Shown here one piece after another: positions 14,001-22,520 of a stretch of 64,000 nt of DNA. The position numbers and the translations under genes are program-made. Position 1 is the first letter of the stretch, and every line of letters begins with the position of its first letter. The stretch comes from Mobula birostris. Taxonomy: Eukaryota. The notes beneath the pieces are model-generated. The model was not told the DNA's origin and made no database searches. It was given only the letters and a program-made list of their open reading frames with translations. The DNA lies in assembly GCF_030028105.1 (NCBI RefSeq), contig NC_092379.1:30215715-30279714 (forward strand), written 5' to 3'.

Positions 14001-15123
14001 AAAGCTGTTTGAAAGGCTTTCACAAGCCAACCTAACTATTGACTTAACTAAAAGTGAATTTGGCCATGCTACTGTAACCTGCCTTTGTTACGTGGTGGGT
14101 CAACGCAGGTTCCCCTCCTGTTCAAAAGTTCAGGCAATTTGAAGGTTCAAACTTCAACTAGTAGAAAACTCTCAAAAGATTCTTGGGAATGGTAGGATAT
14201 TACCGTAAGTTCTGTAAGAAATTTGCCGAGGTTGTCCTTCCATTAACTAACCTCCTGAAGAAAGTTGAGAAGCGTGTTTGAAAAAAGCCTTGTCAGGAGG
14301 TCTTTGATAAGTTGAAAGCTATCCTCTGTCACCACCCTGTGCTCAGGTCACCTGACTTTGAAAAGCCATTTTCCCTAGCTGTGGATGTCAGTGACGAGGC
14401 TGCTGGAGGAGTATTACTATAAAGGGATAATTATGATGATGTTGACCATCCCATGGGTTACTTTTCCAAGAAATTTAATGGGCATCAAAGAAATTATTCA
14501 GCGATAGAAGAGGAATTATTATCCCTTATTTTAGCTCTGAAAAATTTTGATGTGCAAGTTGGCGCAACTCAGAAACCACTCGGGGTTTACACCGATCATA
14601 ACCCATTGGTATTTTTGGGAAACTGAAAAACCAAAATAGAAGGTTACTAAATTGTAGTTAATTTTCAGAAGAATATGATCTCACAATAAATCACATTAAA
14701 GGCAAAGATAATGTAATTCCCGACTATCTGTCCAGATGTGGAACTTGAAATGTAATTTTTAAATGGAGTGGAATTTTGATATTTGTGTACACTCCTGCCA
14801 TGTGATATTAGTACTGTATGATAACTGTGTGTGCATCGTGCATTTTGTAAACTTTATGCATCTGTATATTTTGTAAATTGTAGTTAAATTTTTGCTTCTG
14901 ATAGATCAATATTTTCTTTTCTTGAGGACAGGTGTTACTTGTCCCGTGAGTATCTCGTGAGCATGATATAATTGTCTCGTGATATTAGTATGATGTAAAT
15001 GTCGTGATAGTGGATGATGTGATGTCACGCGATGGCATGTTCCAACCGGTATAAAGGATGAGGACACAGTTTCCTGATTAGTTGTTTTGTTGGGGGAGGC
15101 ACAGCGGGTGTTTACGCAATCAA

Positions 15124-15165
<42 letters not shown>

Positions 15166-15885
15166 GTGGGGTTTGAGAGAAAAAGTGAAGAATTACCAGC
15201 CTGGGACGAACCCAAAGTGTTGGGTAGAAATCAGCGGCGTTCTGTCATTGACAATTGCTATGGTCCACACGTGTATTGTGGCATACAGTTTTGGTGAACC
15301 CCTGAATAGTCTCGGCTATTGTGTGGTGACCAGCTCTGGCGAAAGGTCAGTTACTGTGAGAAATCTGATTCTTTGTGATCTCTTTCGACAAGGCATTTCT
15401 CGGCTGGGATTTGCCTCAGCAGATTCGTCTTCTCTTCATCGGTGGTTCAGGAAGTTTTTCCTCTCACGTATTTCATAAATCACTTGGACTCTTTGAACTA
15501 TAACTTTAAGACCGTGTTTGAGTAAGATTTGTTAAGAATTGTCACTAGGTTCGACTGTTTGATAATTATAGATGCATAACACTGTTAACTTCCGTTTCAG
15601 TTAGTAATTTGTTTACTTCCTACGTTTTTGAGTAGAGGTTAATAAATTTCGTTGTTTATTCATAAAAACCCGACTCAATTTCATATCTGTTGCTGCCGGT
15701 GCGGAACAAAGCATATCACTGAATTGTTGAATATCAAGCACAAACTTCCGTAGGAAAACCAGAGAATTCACAACGATCTCTAGGTATGGAAGCGGCTGGA
15801 GCAAAGAAGTGAACATACGTCCCAAGTCCAAGACTGGGGTCACCGAACCACTTGCTCATTTAGTCTCTGACCTAAACGTGTTACA
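11095..15885 (+). mobile_element. Gmr1-type Ty3/Gypsy LTR retrotransposon relic, copy 1 (no 5' LTR)
   Basis: Order is protease (LRDTGASLSL ~11270), integrase (GGHLGVRKT...CRTCH ~11990-12650), RT (PFGMKNSPGTFQR...IDD ~13830-14140), RNase H (~14340-14740). PPT then TGTTAC-starting 3' LTR at 14933-~15885. Many stops; Rex tail inserted at ~13403-13630. Confidence 0.88.
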
Positions 15886-16587
15886 GGCATATTGTTCACC
15901 ACTCTGCCAAAAGCATTTTTATCATTTGGGAATTCGATAAACTATAGTATATAATGTTAGACAATGTTACACCTCCATAAGTCATATCATGACGGGATAA
16001 TGTGCTTCAATCGCTTGACTGCAGTCGTCATGCGAATACAGGACTGGGTATACTCGGAAATGGATGAAGACATTCAGCCTCTTAGGCACTGCTACACTTG
16101 GTGGAAATTACCGATAAGCCCAGTACCAAACATCATATAACCACAATTAATCCTGGATAAATTTTCTTTTTCTTTGATTATATCCCTAACTTCAAGTGTT
16201 ATCCATTCTGTGATGTTGTCAGACTCTCTGCGTGAAAACATATCTTTTACATTTTCGGGTAGAGTTTCCGCCACTCACGCATCGGTTCATTTGGAAACTT
16301 TACGAACTCCGACTCAGTTCTTATATTCATGATGCAGTGCATTCGGCATGACAACGGATATATTCCGAACAACCATCTGAATTCAGAACATGCATCTTCA
16401 TTGCGAGAACTTCAAGCAGATCAGGACTTCGGGATGTTTTCTTTTGTGAGAAGAGTTTGACTTGTGGACGGAAGTCCACAATCCAGGCAAACTAATCGCT
16501 GATGTAAATCATGACTGACACTGCTTTCTATTGCTTTTGAATACCGCCGTAACGGAACCGATATAACAGGAGTAGTATTAGTACTAG

Positions 16588-16717
16588 NNNNNNNNNNNNN
16601 NNNNNNNNNNNNNNNNNNNNNNNNNNNNNNNNNNNNNNNNNNNNNNNNNNNNNNNNNNNNNNNNNNNNNNNNNNNNNNNNNNNNNNNNNNNNNNNNNNNN
16701 NNNNNNNNNNNNNNNNN
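16588..16717. other. Assembly gap (130 N)
   Basis: Run of n, preceded by decayed (AGT)n. Confidence 1.
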
Positions 16718-17289
16718 TGGGAATTTCTTTCGTTACAGCAGCAACACTTAAAATACACTTAGCAGTATTCAGAACTAGCTAAGAATACAGTAGAGAATAA
16801 TAATATACACAATAATAATTTACCAATGTGCAAAAATGTGCACCAATAATGTACGAAATAATAAAACATGGACTATTGTATTATGGAGTGTGTTCTTCGG
16901 GTGCAGACAGATCAAATGTTGCATATACTTATTGCATTTGGCAGGGAAAATTTTCATGAACGATACTTGTGACAGGTCTAATTGTCCATTGAGTTTAAAA
17001 TAAAATTCCCAGTATAGAAGCAATAGAATCAAAATCGGCTTTCAGTGTTTCTAGTGAAAATAAATAATATTTAGCATTGCTGTCTGGTTGGCGATCCATT
17101 ATGCACCTGTTTACGTACCGTATGGCTTCATCAGTAAATGTTGTTTAAATTCCTTGCAAGATGTATTTAGTTGTTAATTTCATGATGCAGCGCAGAATAA
17201 GGCATTCCAGCTCTGAGAAATGCACCGCCCCAGAAACCATTGGCAACCCTGATTTTTCTGGAACCTAATCATCGGACAGCTTACAATGA

Positions 17290-17470
17290 CTAATCATTCC
17301 ACGGAATTCGTCTCTGAACTGTTGGTGGATCCGAGATCAGTCGGTGAAAACCCTAGCATTCCATGGTGAGGACACACAAACTAGTTACTGATGAACCAGG
17401 ATTGATCTCCGAACTATTACTCCCAGAACTGTAATAGAGTCGAAGTAATCGCGACGCTACTATGCCGCCC
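17290..17470 (-). mobile_element. tRNA-derived elasmobranch SINE fragment (paralog ~40970-41140)
   Basis: Minus-strand GGGCGGCATAGTAGCG...TATTACAG...TTCGGAG tRNA-like head followed by GTCCTCACCATGGAATGC body, resembling HE1-related SINEs. Confidence 0.5.
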
Positions 17471-18039
17471 AAAATTTAAACAAACAGTATTATATTTTTA
17501 TATTAATATAAATAGTTAGTATAATTGTAGTTCTTTTGAAAGGCATGGCAGCAGCAATGAAGTAAAACATATACATAATAGAGGTAAATGATTTATTTTG
17601 TTTTCTAATGTACAGAGCCAGGAATTCCAGTTCAAGTGAATGCATTTTTAGTGCACTGCTGGGGGATTCCAGTACGAACAAGTTTCTCTTCAGACTAAAC
17701 TAAAGGAAAGTTGAGGAATGACAAAACGTAGGTTATCTCTAATGAGTGGGAGGAAATACGACGTTGCCTTGCAGTAACTAACGATCGAATGTTTCTTTTG
17801 CAGCGCCTCTCCCAGTTATCTCGATTACCTCCAATCATAGCAATCATTTCAATTTGGATTAGCATGTAAATGCCAAAAGAGTGCAGTTTCATTTTAATGA
17901 GATTCATGCTATCGGAAGAAACTGAACGCAACAGAAGACACCTCAGTGAGCATCGCCTACACGTTAATATTCTCAGGTGAAAGCATTTTACATGCTATGA
18001 ATTCACATCTAGGCTCCCTAAAGTTGCGTTGTGATAAGG

Positions 18040-18485
18040 GCACGGGTGTGGATATGGCTTATGAAAACAGATTGACCGAACTCAGCGTTTTCTCCTTGGA
18101 GCGAAGGAGGATGAAAGGTGACCTGATAGAGGAGTGTAAGATGATGAGAGGCATTGATCGTGTGGATAGTCAGAGGCTTTTTCCCAGGGGTGAAATGGCT
18201 GCCACAAGAGGGCACAGGTTTAAGGTGCTTGGGAGTAGGTGCATAGGAGATATCAGGGGTAAGTTTTTTACACAGAGAGTGGTGTGTACGTGGAAGGGGC
18301 TGCTGGCAACGCTGGTGGAGACGGATACGACAGGATTTTTAAGAGACTTTTGGATAGGTACGTGGAGCTTAGAATAATAGAGGCAACGGGTAACCCTCCG
18401 AATTTCTAAGGTAGTGACATATTCGGCACAACTTTGTGGGCCTAAGGGCCTGTATTGTGCTGTAGGTTTTCTATGTTCCTATGTT
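18040..18485 (+). mobile_element. CR1 3' end (paralog ~41700-42160)
   Basis: SLERRRMKGDLIE...GHRFKV...FFTQRVV...W. Confidence 0.85.
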
Positions 18486-19085
18486 TCTAGAATCGTAATG
18501 AGATATGTAGTTCGTGATGTTGTACATTTCCAAAACTATAGAATATGCATTTATTGTTTGGAATTTGTAACATTTCAATGTCCGTTACTTTTCTGCCGCT
18601 GTTTACACGCCGTAAACGGGTTTGCGACGATCCTTCATTTAAAATGGCTGGTAGATTGCATGTACCACATGGATATACTGGTGAATGTATTGGGATCCGG
18701 AAATAATAATTATGGAATGGCGGGGCACCCTCGATAGGCTGATTGGCCCAATTCTGTTGCTATGTCTGAGACACTTCTGATCTAAAATGCGAATTCCCTG
18801 AAGACAATGATGCCTTTTTACTCCGGGAATATATTCTTGAGCGTTGTGTGTCTTCCATCAGTAGAAATGAGAGGCATCGGTAGATCCGGCAGCTTTCATG
18901 GAAATGATGTTTCGAACCAAAAAACTTCCGTCATGACATAATGATTTCGCCCAGCATATTTTGGGTGTTGATTGTGGTGCTTTTATTTTCTCTATCATCA
19001 TTCTACTAAAAATCCCACCACACTGCGGTTTCTTGCCGTTGTCTCCGTGCTTGGCAGTGGTGTATTTATATGATAAAACCAAATG

Positions 19086-19124
19086 AGTTTTTGTATTGTT
19101 CTCTCTCTGCTTACTCGCACTGTG
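19086..19124 (-). other. Second (distal) 23-RSS, cassette 1 (CACAGTG-23-ACAAAAACT)
   Basis: Perfect heptamer, exact 23-nt spacer, 8/9 nonamer. Lies 22 nt past the proximal RSS and is conserved in cassette 2. Confidence 0.85.
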
Positions 19125-19146
19125 TGCTTGTAACGCGAATCACCCT

Positions 19147-19185
19147 AGTTCTTGAACAGCGCTGTCCATGCGCGGCATCACAGTG
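19147..19185 (-). other. Proximal 23-RSS of supporting V, cassette 1 (CACTGTG-23-TCAAGAACT)
   Basis: Directly after the V coding end. Variant heptamer and nonamer, exact 23-nt spacer. Confidence 0.85.
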
Positions 19186-19479
19186 CTGCAAACCGACTCA
19201 TTGCACAGTAATACACAGCAGCGTCGCCCAGTTGCACTTTGGAGATCGTCAGCTGGCTGATTTTCTTACCAGGATCGACAAAACCAGTAATTCGTTCTCC
19301 GGAAATTTTTGTCTTATCTTGTGCTCCGAAAGTTTGTCCCTGGAGCAGGAATATGGGTGCCTGTCCTGGAAGCTGGCGATACCAGTGTATTGTGTTGCGA
19401 CAATACGCGTCATATCCACAGGTTAAAATTACGGAGTCGCCAAGTGTAGTTTGTAGTTCAGGACTCTGAGAAATGGATT
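19186..19479 (-). CDS. Leaderless supporting TCR-delta V segment, cassette 1
   Basis: Acceptor CATACAG|AA gives ESISQSPELQTTLGDSVILTCGYDAYCRNTIHWYRQLPGQAP...LTISKVQLGDAAVYYCAMSRFA. Has Cys23, Trp41 and Cys104 plus an extra CDR1 Cys. I found no leader exon between it and the J, and J phase 1 joins it in frame. Confidence 0.92.
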
Positions 19480-20851
19480 CTGTATGAATGTAGAGGAATA
19501 TTATTGCTGATTTACCGATAATTGTCAGGAAAAAAAAAGCATCCCAAATATGAAATGGAGTATTTTCTTGCACTCAAACTTATTTCATTTCAAATATGAG
19601 CAAACAAGATTTATTGTCCTTGACAATTATTATAAGGAATTGCTGCAGTGAAATAAAATCAGAGACTCAATGGTTAATTGCGGATATCTTGCGATTTTTA
19701 AAACTTCCTTCATATTTTGGACAGCTTTGTGGAAAGAAGATTAATTTCATGGAACAACTGCAGACAGCCTACAAACATATAATGGGCCGAATTCCTTTTT
19801 CTCAGTTCTGTGGTGTTTATTTTAAACGTCAGTTTAATTCGCAATAATGATAGGTGAGAGATTTTTTTTCCCGAATTCATAGATGCTCCATCCAGATCTT
19901 TTTAATATAAATTTCCCCCCGTAAGTTACAGACTCTTGCATTGTAACCTGCTCATCACAGTAATGAGATTGAACGGTACAGACTGGTCAGATAATTTTCT
20001 AAGCTGCTGAAGGCGAAGGTTTATTTTCGACTGGATTCTAGCAGCCGATATAAATGTTTTAATCCCTTCCCTATTGTTAATTTTTGATCAATGGGGTATG
20101 CAATTCATGGTACTATTTGAGAATAATTTGTAGAAAACAAGTTTGATTATTTCTTGCATCTCTGTGACTCATTCATAAATATATATTCTGCCTGCGGTTT
20201 ATGCCTTAAGTTCTAACAATATTTCCCACAGTCAGACAGCAGTCTGATGGATTCCTTCTGCAAAGATTACACCAGCATTTCTTCCTTGCCCATCGCAGAA
20301 ATTTCTCTCTCCAACTGACTCTGTTAATTTCAGTTTACCACATTGCCTTTCTACACAGTGAGTGTAGATTCAGTCTACAGAATCACACCACACAAGACAA
20401 ACCATAAAATCCAGTCACTCTCTTTCAACAGTGAAGAGCTGTGCATCGGTACAACTCTCTGAAACCTACTGCAGTGAAAAATAAATGCATCCCTCACATT
20501 CTGAGGGTGAACCTGCCTCCTCTCTGTCTGTTTCCTTTCGAGCCGGTGCATCTGATTTTCCATTCTGTAGTTATTCATTTTTGGTGTTTGGTCGTTATTG
20601 GCACTATCAACATGTATTGTTCATCAGCAGAAAGAAGGCGAGACCTCCTGATGTGCTGAATATTTTTACAACAACGGCTCATCCAGAAAAGACACCCCGT
20701 GCTTACGTCCTCTCCTGACACACTTTGCAGAAAGGAGATTTGACATCAAACCCATTTAAAATTTAATGATTTTAAATCAATCGATCATCTATCAAGCGAT
20801 ACTTTGATGGGTGAGATAGTTGACGAATCGTCGATGTTTGTGGATACTTAC

Positions 20852-20909
20852 CGGACCTGACCGTGACCTTTGTCCCTGTTCCATCTAGAGTATGAGTCCT
20901 CCATACATA
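20852..20909 (-). CDS. NAR-TCR J segment, cassette 1 (YVWRTHTLDGTGTKVTVRS) with 23-RSS
   Basis: RSS read on + is CACAATG(20910-20916)-23-ACAACAACT(20940-20948). DGxGTxVTV J motif; ends G|GTAAGT in phase 1. Confidence 0.92.
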
Positions 20910-21275
20910 CACAATGATCCTGTTCCCAGTCTCAACCATACAACAACTACACTCACGTGAATCTGCTTAGGAAACGCTACGATATTCCCCATGTGGTGGC
21001 AAGCCGATATGTTCTTTGTGAGAAAGCAAGACCAAAGTAAAATAAAACAGGAACACGCACCGCAGACCGATTCCGAGAAGAAGAAAAAAAACATAGCATA
21101 CGTGTCAATCAAAAATACATATGCAATATGGAAATTAAAAGTAACCTAAAGAGATTAGCCGGTGAACATCGCCAGGTTTGTATTTTTTGCATGGGATATG
21201 GAGAATATATCGTTTAAATATGATTTATTTATATATTTATTATTTTCTGTTCTTGTTCAGATCTCTTCCACTGTG

Positions 21276-21291
21276 TTTGTCCCAAACTGTA
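21276..21291 (-). CDS. NAR-TCR D segment, cassette 1 (TACAGTTTGGGACAAA) with 12/12 RSS
   Basis: 16 nt between opposed heptamers. 3' RSS is CACAGTG-12-ACAAGAACA (21275-21248). 5' RSS read on + is CACAGTA-12-ATCAAATCT (21292-21319), with a degenerate nonamer. Same layout in cassette 2. Confidence 0.88.
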
Positions 21292-21644
21292 CACAGTATC
21301 TTACATCAATATCAAATCTGCTGGCGAATCCATGAAAGAGTCGAGCAGGAATTAAATTCACAGCACTGGCATTTTCCGTTTCCAAGTGTTCATGAGCAAT
21401 TCCGTCTGTACTTGGCGACAAGAATGTGTATTTCTTAATTCTCTGTCGACATTTATTGACACATACCTCTGGGTAGGCAACAACATCTGCGCACACGAGA
21501 GGTGGAAACATAAAGACTGTACATGATAAGAAAAAAAAATGGCAGTTAGCTGGACTGCAGGACGGATCCACAGCGAGACAGGAATATGAACTAAACCCGC
21601 AGATCCATCCTGCTCCGTCTAAATCAGGAATAAGCTACAGCGAA

Positions 21645-21682
21645 AGTTTTTGTACAGCGCGAAGCCGAAGCCCATCATTGTG
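21645..21682 (-). other. RSS of NAR V, cassette 1 (CACAATG-22-ACAAAAACT)
   Basis: Heptamer 21682-21676, 22-nt spacer, near-consensus nonamer 21653-21645, directly after the V exon. Confidence 0.93.
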
Positions 21683-21976
21683 CTTCACGCCATTTGTACA
21701 CAGCTTGACAGTAATAGGTGCCGCTGTCTTCCACTCGCAGGTCCCGAATTGCCAACGAAAACTGCATATCAGTTTTCTTAATCGAAGTAACAAATCTACC
21801 CCCGCGGATGATTTCTTTCCGTTCGGCCGCTGAGTTGGTCTGCCTGAAGAATTTTCCAGTGTGAAAGCGATATTCACCAAACGAACCGGGCTTGAAACTG
21901 CAGGCGATAGTGGCAGTCTGACACTCATTCAAGTTTACAATGGACGGGCTCTGAGTCACCGACTGACTCAATGAAC
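21683..21976 (-). CDS. IgNAR-like V segment of NAR-TCR, cassette 1
   Basis: SLSQSVTQSPSIVNLNECQTATIAC...GKFFRQ...RGGRFVTSIKKTDMQFSLAIRDLRVEDSGTYYCQAVYKWREA. Canonical Cys23/Cys104, short CDR2 region, and the GGR-F/Y-V..FSL.I.DL.VEDSGTY.C signature of NAR V domains. Open frame followed by an RSS. Confidence 0.93.
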
Positions 21977-22112
21977 CTAGGAATAAAAAACAAACGGAGA
22001 AAAGTGAGTTGTAGTCATAGACGAACCACACGAATAATCTCAGCCGGTTGCATCTCAGAGGGCTCAAACAGATTTAAAGTAAATATAATTTGGATGTGTG
22101 AAAGGTACTCAC

Positions 22113-22155
22113 GCCGTAAGCAGAGCCAGAGTGAGAAAACAAAGAAGATTCCCAT
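22113..22155 (-). CDS. NAR-TCR leader exon, cassette 1 (MGIFFVFSLWLCLR, phase 1)
   Basis: ATG at 22155. 43-nt hydrophobic exon ending C|GTGAGT; splices in frame to the V exon acceptor (TTCCTAG|GT TCA TTG AGT CAG). Confidence 0.9.
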
Positions 22156-22520
22156 CGTCAGCAAGGAATATTGCTGAAGTGAAGAGGATATTGATCTCAC
22201 GTTCTGAAGAGTTATGGTAGAATGTACTTCAGAGTTGGACAGTGAACTTTTATCAACAGGTTTGCTGAGGGACAGTTGTTAGTTTCGATTCTGTGTCGTG
22301 TCTTTGAACTGAGTGAGGAAGCCCCACCCATGACTCCCTATCTTTGAACATGAGTGACGGAGGTGGCCTATCAATGGATGAGTCTGAATCATTCGCCTTG
22401 AACGGAGACTTTTTTTTTCCCAAAAAATATATGGTTGTTTGTTCTTTATTGATGTTGTGACGTGTGCCCCGAGTGTTCAGCATGCTTCAGTTATTACCTT
22501 TTGTGACGGAAATCACTCTG
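22156..22520 (-). promoter_or_regulatory. Putative NAR V promoter region (paralog ~50161-50530)
   Basis: Immediately 5' of the leader. Three GTGACG half-CRE-like motifs (~22354, 22457, 22503) and a CCCCACCC box are kept in both copies. No octamer in the proximal 400 bp. Motif-level evidence only. Confidence 0.4.

Noticed and set aside
19480-19573. Hydrophobic N-terminus of ORF 19178..19573 as an unspliced leader for the supporting V
   Set aside because: It starts at GTG, not ATG, and is the intron's pyrimidine tract. In cassette 2 the frame has an upstream TGA and no ATG.
19970-20037. 68-bp identical stretch in the J-V intron as a conserved enhancer
   Set aside because: At ~10% divergence over ~17 kb, a longest identical run of about 70 bp is expected by chance.
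21569-21597. CACAGCG-13-AACTAAACC facing the NAR V RSS (paralog 49570-49598) as a second D
   Set aside because: The spacer is off by one, the nonamer is degenerate, there is no partner 3' RSS, and it lies only ~50 bp from the V nonamer. At most a vestige.
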